DNA from: an uncultured Acidimicrobiaceae bacterium
Lineage (GTDB): Bacteria; Actinomycetota; Acidimicrobiia; Acidimicrobiales; RAAP-2
Reading direction: 5' to 3'
Length of the DNA: 64,000 nucleotides
NCBI GenBank assembly: GCA_963816405.1
Contig: CAWFKN010000002.1
Location: forward strand, 45,440 to 109,439
Shown: positions 1-10,697 of the stretch, piece by piece
Numbering within the stretch: the stretch's first letter is position 1
Layout: every line of letters starts with the position of its first letter
The notes under the pieces: model-generated
The model's input: only the letters and a program-made list of their open reading frames with translations
What the model was told of the DNA's origin: nothing
Database searches by the model: none
Made by a program: the position numbers and the translations under genes

Positions 1-184
1 ACGGAGTGTAGGACTGGGTCCTTCGAGACGCCGGTCACCGGCGTGTACCGCTGCGGCGTCTCGACGGTCGCGCGAGAACTGCCAGCGATGGCCTGGCATT
101 GGCGGTCGGGGTCGCCGAGGAGCACGCGGCGCCGCGAGGATCCGATGGGCGTGGGGTGCGGGAACTCGGTAGGTTCCAGCCGCT

Positions 185-1477
185 ATGGCGCGACCCTCGG
201 AGCCGCGACCGTCCGGCGAGCGTCCCTCGGTGGAGCAGTCCCGGCTTCCGGCGTGGCGGCTGCTCGCCGTGGCGCCGCTTGTGATCGCCCTCCTGGCTGC
301 GGTGGCCGTCCTGCACTCCGAGCACTCGGCCGCAAGTGGCTACGCGAAGGGCCCGAGGGCGATCACGCACTTCGTCGGGACCGACTTCCGGCGCACCGAC
401 AACATCTCGGTCGCTCCCGACGGCCTGGCCTACGTGCTGCTGAACCAGGGCTCGTCGGTCAGCGAGATCGAGGCCTACGACGCCTCGGGGGCGCCTCGAT
501 GGACGAGGTCGTTCGTCGGCGACGCGAGCTACCCGTGGCTCGGTCCGGCCTCGACAAGCGGCGTCATCCTGTTCGGCCTGCATGGCCCTCACTCGATGAG
601 CGAGGTCACCACCGACGGCACGTTGCGCTGGACCACCACCGTGAAGGTGCAGGCCGACGAGCTCGATCCGTTCCTCGCCGAGGCACCCCAGGGCAACCTC
701 TATGCCGTGGCCATCGTGGGCCACGGCGAGCCCGCGACCGAGGCGAGCTCGACGCACGCCGTCGAGGAGCGCTTCGATGCGAGTGGCACGCTGCTCTGGC
801 GAGCTGCGGTGGACCTCGGGAGCCACGACCAGATCCTTGATGCAGAAGCCGGCCCTGACGGCTCGCTGTACGTCCTCACCCAGACGGCGTCACGAGGGCT
901 GAGCGGGCCACCGCCAGGGGACCTGCGACGTTTCGACGGCCGGGGGCACCTGGCGTGGGTGCACCCGATCCCGAGGAGCGATCCCTTCGTGGGCGAGTTC
1001 CCCGAGCAGCTGGGTGTCGCGCCGAACGGGACCGCGCTCGTCGTGAGCGAGCGACCCGCGACGGGCCAGTACGGCTTGCTCGCGATCTCCTCGCGGGGCA
1101 GGACCCTCTGGGGGTCGACGATGCGCTCGACGCCCGACGACCCGACGGAGCCGCCAGTCGTCGTCGCCCACGGCGACGGCGAGTTCATCGTCGCCGGATC
1201 CACCGAGGTCGCGCTGTCGCCACGGCCCGACGCGAGTGGCGAGTTCTTCCGCACCTTCATCGCCGACGTCGCCCAGTCGACGGGCCACGTCCGGTGGGTC
1301 ACCACCTTCAGTCCCGCGAACCTGAACGGCCTCTCCCCGGAGTCCGTCGCGCTCGCCGGGCATGCGGTCTACGTCGCCGAGGCCTCCGAGTCGGCGTTCG
1401 GCGACGTCTACGACGGCCCCGCGTCGGGACTGCTCGTCACGTTGCGCGTCGGCTCGGACGGCCGACAGAGCTGGTGA
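185..1477 (+). CDS. membrane-anchored or secreted beta-propeller-like repeat protein, function unknown
   Basis: Intact 430-aa ORF. N-terminal hydrophobic anchor (LLAVAPLVIALLAAVAVL). Recurring G.L.W / LYV strand-like motifs suggest PQQ/BamB-type propeller repeats. Confidence 0.55.
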   Translation: MARPSEPRPSGERPSVEQSRLPAWRLLAVAPLVIALLAAVAVLHSEHSAASGYAKGPRAITHFVGTDFRRTDNISVAPDGLAYVLLNQGSSVSEIEAYDASGAPRWTRSFVGDASYPWLGPASTSGVILFGLHGPHSMSEVTTDGTLRWTTTVKVQADELDPFLAEAPQGNLYAVAIVGHGEPATEASSTHAVEERFDASGTLLWRAAVDLGSHDQILDAEAGPDGSLYVLTQTASRGLSGPPPGDLRRFDGRGHLAWVHPIPRSDPFVGEFPEQLGVAPNGTALVVSERPATGQYGLLAISSRGRTLWGSTMRSTPDDPTEPPVVVAHGDGEFIVAGSTEVALSPRPDASGEFFRTFIADVAQSTGHVRWVTTFSPANLNGLSPESVALAGHAVYVAEASESAFGDVYDGPASGLLVTLRVGSDGRQSW

Positions 1478-1570
1478 GCCCGCGATCGGGATGGGCGGCA
1501 CGATGGCGCACGTGCCCGGTGCTGCGTCGAGGGCCACGTCGGACGAGCGATGCAGGGCATGCGATCCCGT

Positions 1571-1646
1571 TGGTGGAGGTGATGGGACTCGAACCCACGG
1601 CCTCTACATTGCGAACGTAGCGCTCTACCAGCTGAGCTACACCCCC
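1571..1646 (-). tRNA. tRNA-Ala (anticodon CGC)
   Basis: Reverse complement reads GGGGGTGTAGCTCAGCTGGTAGAGCGCTACGTTCGCAATGTAG...TTCGAGTCCCATCACCTCCACCA. It has a G3:U70 pair, the anticodon loop TTCGCAA and an encoded CCA. Confidence 0.93.
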
Positions 1647-1734
1647 GCGGGGGCCACGAGCCTATACCGCGGCGTCGCGCACGGACCGTGGCGGTCCGCC
1701 CGGTCAGTCAGCGTGCGACACGCTCAGGCCGACC

Positions 1735-4700
1735 TCACGGCGCCTCGTACTCGTAGGGGATCGCCGCCAGCGTGTTGGTGAACAGCTCGCCGGGCGAGTA
1801 GCCGTCGAGGAAGAGCGTGCCGGCGACGACCGTGCCGGCTGCGGCCGTCGGATGGATCGTGATCGGGATGCTGACGGTGGCCCCCGGTGCGACCAGTCTC
1901 GGCGCGAGCTTTGCCGCGTGCCCGTGCTTGAAGATCGCCTCCACGGCGTCGGCCACGGTCGAACTGGTCGCGGCGTCGAACGGTGCCATTGTCGCGTGCA
2001 CTGACACGATGGCGGTGCCGGAGGGCTCGCCGTTCGCCGGGTACGGCCCGATCTCGTCGGAGTCGACGTCCCAGAGCCCTGGTGGCACGCCGGTCGGTGG
2101 TGCGAAGGTCGCCGACGCGCTCGAGGTCGTGAGCGAGCCGACCAGGTACGGGTCGTCGCTCGTCGGCGAGAGCAAGGGGTCCCCGCTCTCGGGCAGCGCC
2201 TGGAAGGTCGCCGGCACCGACGAGAGCTGTGCGACCTCGATCGAGCTCGTGTCCGTCGGAATCGCGTACGCGTCGTACGCGTCGGGGAAGTGCTCCGTCG
2301 CCGACTCCCCGTAGTAGCTGGGGACCTGCACGGTCGTCGAGGAGTCGAGGCGCGGGTCCGGCGAGAGCCGCATCGGCGCGACGCCCTTGTTGTCGACGGT
2401 GAGCTCGGCGTGCTCGCCGGCTGCGGGGACCACCGTGGTGGGCGAGTCAGGCAGGTCGCTCGAGACCTTGACCTCGTTGAGGTCGACCGAGCCCGTGAAC
2501 GGGAACGACGTGCGCGTGCCCGCCCCGGGCGACCACCAGATCAGGCTCAGCGCCCAGGTGCCCGGTGCGGGGTCGGCCACGTAGAGGCTGAGGAACCGCG
2601 ATGTCGAGACGAGGGCGCCTGCAGCGCTCACGGTGGCGTTGTCGTCGATCGCCTGTGGGCTGCCCGCGGGGTCGGTGAGGATGCCCGTGAGCAGCTGGCC
2701 GTGGACCGGGTTCGTCGCCAGCGAGAGCCCGGCGTCGAGGTCGTGGGCGCCGGCCGGCACGGTGACCTCGTAGGTGTTGGTCTCGCCAGGCGCGCCGAAT
2801 CGGCCGTTGCCACCCGTCAGCTCGCCGCGGAAGGTCGCGCGGTTCGCGTGCAGCACGATCATCGTGCGCACGCTGACCGGGATCGAGGTGTGCTGGGCAC
2901 CCGACGAGATGACGACGGCGAGGTCCGAGTCCCCTGGCGACGACCCCAGTGCGAGGTGCAGCGACTCGCTGCTCGTCTCGCCCGGCGCGAGCGTGACGAG
3001 GCCAGGCCCGACCGTGCCCTCGGTGGCGAACCGCCACGCCGTGAGCGTCCACGGCACGAGGCCCCGGAAGCCGTCGCTGCGTGTCGTGAAGAAGACCCCG
3101 GTCCAGGTGCCCTGGACCGGGGTCGAGACCTCAGCGTCGGCGAAGCTGGCCTCGCCCTGGGGGAACGAGTAGGCCGCAAGGTCCCCGGTCGGCGTGAACA
3201 ACGAGAGCTCGACGGGTTCGTCCTGTGCGGCGAAGGCGGCCTGGAGCTGGATCCGCGCCGTCGCTCGCGCGACCTTGAGCGAGATGCGGTGCTCGAAGTA
3301 GCGCGTCCCGGTGCCGTCGGTGAAGCCGGTCTGCTTCGCACTCGAGGTGAACCGCACGGAGCCCGACGAGACCGACTTCGCCACGAGGGCCCGGGTCGAC
3401 ACCGTGACGTCGCGCGACGTGGTCGACGTGTTCGTGAGGTGAACCGTCGCGGACTGGACCGAGCCCGGTGCGCCGCTCAGGTCGAGCTGCGTCGTGTCCG
3501 ACACGATGCCGCCCGCTGGGCTCGCATCCGTCGTCGGCGCGAGGGACGTGGCGAGCCGCACCGCGGCGCCGACGTCGAGCAGCCCCGCCCCTTGCTCGTC
3601 GGCCGGCGCGTCGAGGTCCTTCGCGGTGCTCGTGAGGACCTCCATCACGGTCTGGGGGGTGGGGGCGTCCCCGCCGTGCGTCGCCTCGTACGCGCTGATG
3701 ACGTCGGCGGCTGCGCCGCTCGTGAGCGGCGCGGACTCGCTCGTCCCGCCGAACAGCTGCACGTTCTCACCGCCGCAGCCGACGAACTTGTTCGACGAGG
3801 AGCACAGGGACCAGTTGAGGTCGCCGGGAGCGACGAGGCTCACTGTCCTGCCGTCCTGGGCGAAGCCGCCCGAGGAGAGCCCGGAGATCTGGTTGTCGAC
3901 GTACCCTGCGCTGGCACGCAGCGCGTTGATCCCGCCAAACGTGGCCTGCGCGTAGGCGCGCAAGGTGGTGGTCGCGCCGACAGCCAGGACGTCAGGATCC
4001 GATGCGGGCGAGCCGATCGTGCTCGTCGGGCCCGCGTCCCCGGAGCTGACGACCACCGTGACGCCCGCGGCCACCGCGGCGTCGTCAGCCTGCTCGACGA
4101 TGTCGACGGACGTGGACGGGAAGTCGTAGAAGCCGAAGGACTCGTTGATCACACGGGCGCCCCTTGCGACCGCCTCGTTGATCGCCTGCACGATCACCGA
4201 CGCCACCGAGGCGTCCTCGGGGCCGAAGACGTCGAGCGCGAGCACCGACGCGCCGGGCGCGTCACCGACGATGCGCATGTCGCAGCCTGCGTGCAGCGGG
4301 TGCGTGCTGCCCACGTACTTCGAGAGGTCGTAGAGCTCATTGCCCTGCGCGGCGATCGACGAGACGTCCCCGAACGCCTCGGCACCGTCGGTCTCCTGGT
4401 TCGTGCCGCCGCCTCCGAAGTCCTCGAGCGTCGTCACGGGCGAGCCGGCCTTGGATGACGCCGACGCGTACGCCGCGTTGCGCTTGAGGTCGGGGTTGGA
4501 AGGGTCGACACCGTCGGCGAGCGTGGCGACGATGACCCCCGCGCCGTCGTAGCCGTCGGTGGCGCCGCCCGTCGCGTCGACGTTCGCGAGCGCTTCGGGG
4601 TCGAGCTCGGGCTTGGCTGCGGTGCCGCAGGGCGCGTGCGCCGCCGTCGCGTTGGCCACGACCCGAGCAGCGGGACGCAGCAGCGGGGTCACGGTCGGGC

Positions 4701-5076
4701 CGGGGACCGAGGAGTCGGCGTAGACATGGGCGACGAGCGGGTCCGACGCCAGCGCTCGCGCCTGTGCGGAGGTCAGCCGCATCGTGAGCTCGTCGGGCAC
4801 CAGAGCCCGCTCGAGGATCGGAGCACCCAGCCGGGCTGCGAGCCCGGCGACGGCCTCCTGGCTGACGGAGACGGCGGCGTGCGAGGCGCGCGCGGACTGC
4901 GCGACGATGCGGGGGCGCAAGAAGACGAGCATCGTGCGCGCGGGGCGCGACGAGCCTCCGTGGCGGTTCGGTGCGGAAGCGGCAGGAGCGGCGAGCATCC
5001 CGACGCACACGCAGACCGTGCCGAGCACTGCTGCCGTGCGCCGTCCGCCTCGGTGCCGCATCGGTCCCCTCGCCAC
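1735..5076 (-). CDS. large secreted S8/S53-family serine peptidase
   Basis: Intact 1113-aa ORF with an N-terminal signal-like segment. GGTSESAPLTSGAAADV matches the subtilase catalytic-Ser motif, and NESFG is a candidate oxyanion Asn. A long C-terminal extension follows. Confidence 0.8.
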   Translation of the reverse strand: MARGPMRHRGGRRTAAVLGTVCVCVGMLAAPAASAPNRHGGSSRPARTMLVFLRPRIVAQSARASHAAVSVSQEAVAGLAARLGAPILERALVPDELTMRLTSAQARALASDPLVAHVYADSSVPGPTVTPLLRPAARVVANATAAHAPCGTAAKPELDPEALANVDATGGATDGYDGAGVIVATLADGVDPSNPDLKRNAAYASASSKAGSPVTTLEDFGGGGTNQETDGAEAFGDVSSIAAQGNELYDLSKYVGSTHPLHAGCDMRIVGDAPGASVLALDVFGPEDASVASVIVQAINEAVARGARVINESFGFYDFPSTSVDIVEQADDAAVAAGVTVVVSSGDAGPTSTIGSPASDPDVLAVGATTTLRAYAQATFGGINALRASAGYVDNQISGLSSGGFAQDGRTVSLVAPGDLNWSLCSSSNKFVGCGGENVQLFGGTSESAPLTSGAAADVISAYEATHGGDAPTPQTVMEVLTSTAKDLDAPADEQGAGLLDVGAAVRLATSLAPTTDASPAGGIVSDTTQLDLSGAPGSVQSATVHLTNTSTTSRDVTVSTRALVAKSVSSGSVRFTSSAKQTGFTDGTGTRYFEHRISLKVARATARIQLQAAFAAQDEPVELSLFTPTGDLAAYSFPQGEASFADAEVSTPVQGTWTGVFFTTRSDGFRGLVPWTLTAWRFATEGTVGPGLVTLAPGETSSESLHLALGSSPGDSDLAVVISSGAQHTSIPVSVRTMIVLHANRATFRGELTGGNGRFGAPGETNTYEVTVPAGAHDLDAGLSLATNPVHGQLLTGILTDPAGSPQAIDDNATVSAAGALVSTSRFLSLYVADPAPGTWALSLIWWSPGAGTRTSFPFTGSVDLNEVKVSSDLPDSPTTVVPAAGEHAELTVDNKGVAPMRLSPDPRLDSSTTVQVPSYYGESATEHFPDAYDAYAIPTDTSSIEVAQLSSVPATFQALPESGDPLLSPTSDDPYLVGSLTTSSASATFAPPTGVPPGLWDVDSDEIGPYPANGEPSGTAIVSVHATMAPFDAATSSTVADAVEAIFKHGHAAKLAPRLVAPGATVSIPITIHPTAAAGTVVAGTLFLDGYSPGELFTNTLAAIPYEYEAP

Positions 5077-5240
5077 GCGTCCTTCGAGCGCGTGGGACGA
5101 CGCTACGCGACTCTCGCGGCTACCGGGCGTCGCACGTTGCAGGCATCACGAGCTGTGGCGACGTTGACGCACCGGCGGCTGCACGTCCCGGCGGGCGTGC
5201 GTGGGAACGCTCAGGTGCTACCAGGTTCGAGCTGGTGCGG

Positions 5241-5300
5241 CTCGGGAGGAGTCAGCTCGGGAGGAGTCAGCGCGGGAGGAGTCAGCGTAGGAGCGGTCAG
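5241..5300. repeat. 4 x 15-nt tandem repeat (c[tg]cgggaggagtcag) at the 3' end of the 5297..6184 gene
   Basis: Copies lie at 5241-55, 5256-70, 5271-85 and 5286-5300 (the last is degenerate). The last copy contains the gene's TGA. On the minus strand each copy carries a TGA in the same frame. Confidence 0.85.
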
Positions 5301-6184
5301 CGCGCGGCGGCGACGCGCTGCGAGCCCCAGTCCTCGTCCTCGTCGTAGCTGGGCTCGTCGAAGCGGTACGAGCGCTGGTCGGTGACCTGGACGACGGACC
5401 GCGCGACCGGCGTGATGCTCGCGAGGGCGTCGTTGCCGTACATGCCGACGCTCGAGGCGTAGTACATCAGCACGAGGTAGCCGAGCATCGCGACGACCGA
5501 GACGAGCGTCACGGCATAGAGCACGGCGATGTCGCTCACGATGCCGAGGAGGAGCGAGCCAACAATGGCGCCGCCCAGCCCGAGAAGGATCCGCCTGCGC
5601 CGCGAGCGCGCCTGGTCGGGCGTCATCGCGAGGCCGTCGTCCAGCTCGGCGAGCTCGGCGTCGTGGTAGGCGTCGTAGCGAGAGGTGCGAACGGCTCGAT
5701 GCGCGCGGGTCGGGGCATCGCGGCCGTCGCCGCGGGCCCACGGGTCGTCGTAGTCGGGGTCGTCCCTGAGGTCGTCGTCAGGCTGCCCGAAGGGGTCCAC
5801 GTGGCGGCCGTAGCGGTCCCCACGCTCCTCGTAGCGGTCGTCGTAGCGCATGGTCGACTCCTTCTCGCTCGCGCCCGTCGGGACCAGCACGAGCCTCGGG
5901 ACCCTCGCTGGCCCCACCTCGGCGTCCAACTCGGACCGTTGCACGTCCTGCCCACCCAGCCGGTACGCCGGTTCGACGAGCTTCGGACCGGAGTGCTCCA
6001 GCTTTCGGAGCTGTCGATGGAACGAGGCGATGGAGGTGCTCCGTTGGTGGTTCTTGAGCCACTTGACCACGCCCGGGGCCAAGAGGGCGACCCACAGGAA
6101 GAGGATGATCAGTGCTGGAACCACTGCTAGAGCCTCATCCCCCCTTGTTGCATTGGCGTGCAACGGTACCGAGGGAGACGTCAC
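5297..6184 (-). CDS. hypothetical membrane protein (N-terminal TM, acidic/Arg-rich central region, C-terminal TM pair)
   Basis: Intact 295-aa ORF. It has hydrophobic segments VVPALIILFLWVALLAPGVV and ILLGLGGAIVGSLLLGIV...VTLVSVVAMLGYLVLMYY, plus a low-complexity D/R/Y-rich middle. I recognise no family with confidence. Confidence 0.6.
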   Translation of the reverse strand: MTSPSVPLHANATRGDEALAVVPALIILFLWVALLAPGVVKWLKNHQRSTSIASFHRQLRKLEHSGPKLVEPAYRLGGQDVQRSELDAEVGPARVPRLVLVPTGASEKESTMRYDDRYEERGDRYGRHVDPFGQPDDDLRDDPDYDDPWARGDGRDAPTRAHRAVRTSRYDAYHDAELAELDDGLAMTPDQARSRRRRILLGLGGAIVGSLLLGIVSDIAVLYAVTLVSVVAMLGYLVLMYYASSVGMYGNDALASITPVARSVVQVTDQRSYRFDEPSYDEDEDWGSQRVAAAR

Positions 6185-6223
6185 AAGTGGTGGATTCCCA
6201 CGTGCGCGCCGCGTCGTCGCGGC

Positions 6224-6892
6224 TCACTCGTGCAGCCCGCACTCCTCCTTGTCGGAGTCGGACCATCGGCCTGCGCGACGTGACTCGCCGATCGCCACCG
6301 GACGGGTGACCGCGGCGCAGCCGATCGACGCATAGCCCTTCGCCCACAGCGGGTGCTCCTCGAGACCGTGCTCGCGCAGGTACCACGCGATGTCGTCGTC
6401 AGTCCACGTAGCCAGCGGGTTGCACTTGACGAGTCCGAACCGCTCGTCCCAGGAGACGACGGGGATCGAGGCGCGCGACGGGCCGTCGACGCGCTTGAGG
6501 GCGGTGAGCCACGCGTCGCGTCCCTCGAGGGCGTGCTCCAGTGGCACGACCTTGCGCAGCTCGCAGCACCGGTCGGTCCCGCACGGGTACGCGTCGGCCT
6601 CGGGGCCCGGAACCGTCGTCGTGAGGTTGACCGAGCGGGCCTCGCTCACCCGGCGCGCGAACTCCAGGGTCTCGGGGAAGTGCCCCAGTGTGTCGAGGAA
6701 GATCACCTCGATGCCGGGGTCCTGCGCGAGGGCGAGGTCGAGCAGCACGAGATCCTCGAACGAGCACGCCATCGCCACGTTGGCGGCGAACCGCCCGAGC
6801 GCCCAGGTGATGACCTCTGACGGGGCGGCCCGCTGGAGCGCGGCATCCGCCTCGTTGAGCTCCTCTCGGAGTGTGTCAGTGATGGCAATCAC
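6224..6892 (-). CDS. cysH: adenylylsulfate (APS)/PAPS reductase, Fe-S type
   Basis: C-terminal ECGLH motif, CC...C cysteines (RCCELRK, IGCAAV) and a PAPS_reduct-like core. The start is placed at GTG 6892 (VIAITDTL). The longer ORF up to 7015 is Arg-rich and unlikely to be real. Confidence 0.85.
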   Translation of the reverse strand: MIAITDTLREELNEADAALQRAAPSEVITWALGRFAANVAMACSFEDLVLLDLALAQDPGIEVIFLDTLGHFPETLEFARRVSEARSVNLTTTVPGPEADAYPCGTDRCCELRKVVPLEHALEGRDAWLTALKRVDGPSRASIPVVSWDERFGLVKCNPLATWTDDDIAWYLREHGLEEHPLWAKGYASIGCAAVTRPVAIGESRRAGRWSDSDKEECGLHE

Positions 6893-6990
6893 GTGCGTCG
6901 GCCTACAGGCGTTGGGGGCCCAGTGACTATAGTGACCTCCGCGGGAGCGACGACGGGCGGCCCTGCACGTCGTGGACCCGGGCCCCCCTG

Positions 6991-7917
6991 ATGACAGCCT
7001 CCTCCGCCGCACCACGAACCGAGAGGGTCGATCACCTCGACCTGCTCGAGTCCCACGCCATCTTCATCATCCGTGAGGTGGCCGCCGAGTGCGAGCGGCC
7101 GGTCCTGCTCTTCTCGGGCGGCAAGGACTCGGCCGTGCTGCTGCACCTCGCCGTCAAGGCCTTCGCGCCCGCGCTCCTTCCCTTCCCGGTCATGCACGTC
7201 GACACCGGGCACAACTTCGACGAGGTGATCGACTACCGGGACCGCCAGGCGTCAGCCGCGGGTGCGCGGCTCGTCATCGCCTCGGTCCAGGCGTCGATCG
7301 ACGCCGGCCGGGTGATGGACCCCGGTGACGGCCTCTCGCGCAACCGCATCCAGTCGACGACGCTGCTCGACGCGATCAACGAGCACCGCTTCGACGCCGC
7401 GTTCGGCGGGGCCCGTCGCGACGAGGACAAGGCGCGCGCCAAGGAGCGCGTGCTCAGCTTCCGCGACCGATTCGGTCGCTGGGACCCGCGACGCCAGCGC
7501 CCTGAGCTGTGGCAGCTCTACCAGGGGAAGGTGAACCCCGGCGAGCACCTGCGGGCGTTCCCGCTCTCGGACTGGACCGAGCTCGACATCTGGCAGTACA
7601 TCGAGCGCGAGCGGATCGAGCTGCCGTCGATCTACTTCGCCCACGAGCGCGACGTAGTGCTGCGTGACGGCATGCTGCTTGCGGTGTCGAAGTGGGTCTC
7701 CCCCGGCGGCGACGAGGTCGCGGAGCGCAAGATGGTCCGCTACCGCACCGTCGGCGACGCCACCTGCACGGGTGCGGTCGCCTCGGAGGCCACGACGGTC
7801 GCAGCGATCATCGAGGAGATCTCCGTCGCGAGGGTCTCTGAGCGCGGCGCGACGCGAGGCGACGACCGGTTCAGCGAGACCGCCATGGAGGACCGCAAGC
7901 GCGAGGGCTACTTCTAG
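6991..7917 (+). CDS. cysD: sulfate adenylyltransferase subunit 2
   Basis: Intact 308-aa ORF with [13 protein letters not shown] (PP-loop). It lies directly upstream of cysN and divergent from cysH. Confidence 0.92.
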   Translation: MTASSAAPRTERVDHLDLLESHAIFIIREVAAECERPVLLFSGGKDSAVLLHLAVKAFAPALLPFPVMHVDTGHNFDEVIDYRDRQASAAGARLVIASVQASIDAGRVMDPGDGLSRNRIQSTTLLDAINEHRFDAAFGGARRDEDKARAKERVLSFRDRFGRWDPRRQRPELWQLYQGKVNPGEHLRAFPLSDWTELDIWQYIERERIELPSIYFAHERDVVLRDGMLLAVSKWVSPGGDEVAERKMVRYRTVGDATCTGAVASEATTVAAIIEEISVARVSERGATRGDDRFSETAMEDRKREGYF

Positions 7918-7919
7918 CC

Positions 7920-9190
7920 ATGACGCGAGACGCAACTGTGATGGACCTCCTGCGCTTCGCGACGGTCGGCTCGGTCGACGACGGGAAGTCCACGCTGATC
8001 GGCCGGTTGCTCGTCGACACTCGTCAGCTCTTCGACGACCAGCTCGAGGCCGTCGCGCACGCCTCGGTGGCAAGGGGCGTCGGCGACCTCGACCTCTCCT
8101 TCGTGACCGACGGGCTGCGAGCGGAGCGCGAGCAGGGCATCACGATCGACGTCGCGTACCGCTACGCGGCGACCCCCACCCGCAAGTTCATCATCGCGGA
8201 CTGCCCGGGGCACGAGCAGTACACGCGCAACATGGCAACGGGTGCGTCGACCGCGGACCTCGCCCTCGTCGTGGTGGACGCGACGGCGGGGATGAAGGAG
8301 CAGACGCGACGGCACCTCTGCATCGCCGCGCTGCTCGGCGTGCGGCGCGTGGTCGTCGCGGCCAACAAGATGGACCTCGCCGAGTGGGCGAAGGACCCCT
8401 ACGACGCGATCGTGGCCGAGGTCGAGGCGCTGGCAGAGCGCCTCGGGATCGAGACGCCGCTCGTCGATCCCCGTCTCGGCGCTGCTCGGCGACTACGTGG
8501 TCGAGCCGTCAGAGGCTGCACCCTGGTACGACGGGCCGACCGTGCTCGGCGCACTCGAGGCGGCGCCCGCGGGTGGCTGGGCGGGCGAGGGCCGCGTCGG
8601 CGGCAGGCTCCCGGTCCAGTGGGTGCTGCGGCACCCGACGGGGCGGCGGACCTACGCCGGCATGGTCGACGGGGCGCAGATCGCCCCAGGCGACGAGGTC
8701 AAGCTGCTGCCCGAGGGCGTCACCACGAGGATCCGGCGTGTGGCGACCGCCGACGGCGACCTCGCCGTCGCCGGCGTCGGCCGGTGCGTGGACGTGGACC
8801 TCGAGGACGACACCCCCGCGGGCCGCGGCGACATGCTCGCGACCGCGCCGCTGCCCGACGTCACCGATCGCCTGACGGTCACGGTGTGCTGGTTCGGCGA
8901 GGAGCCGCTCACGGCGGGACAGCGCTTCCGCGTGAAGCACACGACCCGATCGACCGTGGGCTTCGTCGAGCACGTGGTGTCGAGGCTCGACGTGAACAAC
9001 CTGTCCCTCGGCCCCGCCGACACCCTCGACGCCAACGACATCGGGGTCATCATGCTCTCGACGGCCGACCCGCTCGTGGTCGACTCCTACACGGCCAACC
9101 GGATCACCGGCTAGCTTCGTGCTCGTCGACGAGCGGACGAACGCGACGCTCGCGGGCGCAATGGTGGGCAAGCCGACCTTCGCCAAGTAG
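7920..9190 (+). pseudogene. cysN: sulfate adenylyltransferase subunit 1 (GTPase), two 1-nt frame disruptions
   Basis: The N-terminus has [14 protein letters not shown] and DCPGHEQY in frame 0. The protein continues as [16 protein letters not shown] in the +1 frame from about 8467. A premature TAG at 9111-9113 (ggc-t-agc) is followed by the expected C-terminus [18 protein letters not shown] ending at TAG 9188-9190. Confidence 0.85.
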
Positions 9191-9244
9191 CCGGACCTTC
9201 CACGCCAGCGAAGCCCAGCGCGGACCTCCGAGCCAGCGGGCTGT

Positions 9245-9690
9245 CTACGCAGCGGGCCCGATCACCATCACGACCGCCGTCGCGACCAGCGCCAGCGCCG
9301 CGAGCTCGGTCGCCCGTGCGAGGCGCCGGGCGTCGGGCCTCGCGTCGGTTCCGGCAGCGAGCGAGGCCGCGATCGTCCGCTGCGCGGGGAACGCCACGCC
9401 CTCGAGCGCGGCTGCAGCGAGCACCCATCCCGTGAGACCCACCGACCACGAACCCGGTCGAGAACCCGTAGGCGCCGCGCGAGAGCGCGAGGAGCAGCAG
9501 AGCCCGCTGAGCGGGACCAGATGGACGACGCGCCCGGCGAGCTCAGGCCGCCCCGAGAACGTCGCTGCGCCGTCGGTGACAGCACGCCGCCCTTGCCAGA
9601 CCGCGACCGCGCTGCTGCGCAGCACGAGGATCACGACGAGCGCCGCGATCGCGAGCGAGCACGTGGGCCACGAGGACGAGTCGAACGCCC
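9245..9690 (-). CDS. possible small membrane protein (start unresolved)
   Basis: This is the tail of ORF 9245..10609, with hydrophobic stretches [12 protein letters not shown] and [17 protein letters not shown]. There is no clean start codon, and the region may itself contain indels. Confidence 0.3.
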
Positions 9691-9713
9691 TTGGTCGTCT
9701 GCGACCGCGGCGA

Positions 9714-10697
9714 TCACGCCGAGAGCAGCGAGTCGACCGCGGCGTAGGGGTCGAGCGTGCCTGCGGCGACGGCGTCGACCGCGCCGTCGAACCCGCCGGT
9801 CGCCGAGCGCTCGTCGACCGCCGCGGCGAGGCGGGCGGCGAGGAGCCGGCGGAGCACCGCGGCGGCTCGCTCGCGCCGCCGCACGCGCCCTGCCGGGCCC
9901 TCCAGGTGGGTGCGCAGCGCGTCCGACCGCGTCGAGGAGCTCGACGGTGCCCCGCGCCCTCGGTCGCCACGGCCTCGACGATCGGCGGGCGCCAGCCGTC
10001 GTCACGGCCCGTTGCCGAGATCGAGCATCTGGGCGAGGTCGCGGCGCCGCCTCTGCGGCCCCGGGGCGGTCCGCCTTGTTCACCACGAAGACGTCGGCGA
10101 TCTCGAGCAGCCCCGCCTTGGCCGCCTGCATGGCGTCGCCCCACCCGGGCGTGACGACGACCACGGTGGCGTCGGCGGTCGCGGCCACCTCGAGCTCGAC
10201 CTGGCCGACGCCGACGGTCTCGACGAGCACGAGGTCGAACCCCGCAGCGCCCAGGGCGGCGATCGCGTCGGGCACGGCGACCGACAGCCCCCCGAGGTGC
10301 CCTCGTGTCGCGAGCGAGCGGATGAACACGCGCTCGTCGAGCGCATGGTCCTGCATCCGGATGCGGTCCCCGAGGATGGCGCCGCCACTGAACGGCGACG
10401 TCGGGTCGACGCAGAGCACGCCGAGCTGGGCCACCGGTGCCGGACGCGCCATCTGGCACGAATCGCTCGAGCGACGCGGTGATGAGCCGGTCGGTGAGCG
10501 TCGACTTGCCCGCGCCGGGCGCGCCGGTGATGCCGATGGAGAACGCGGGCGGCGAGGTCCACGTACGCACCTGCGAGCGCGCGTGGCGCCGCTCGACGTC
10601 GTTCTCCACGACGCGTCAGCAGACGCGCGAGCGCGACGCGGTCGCCCCCGCGAGCCGCGTCGAGCAGTTGGCGGGGTCCCCGCGCGCGGCGCGTCAC
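9714..10697 (-). pseudogene. meaB: methylmalonyl-CoA mutase-associated GTPase MeaB/ArgK, multiply frameshifted
   Basis: The pieces are spread over three frames. They are LLDAARGGDRVALARLL, then IGITGAPGAGKSTL, then VDPTSPFSGGAILGDRIRM...LVETVGVGQ...VVNKAD, then ...[15 protein letters not shown]. The GTG start at 10697 overlaps the murA stop (GTGA). Confidence 0.8.
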
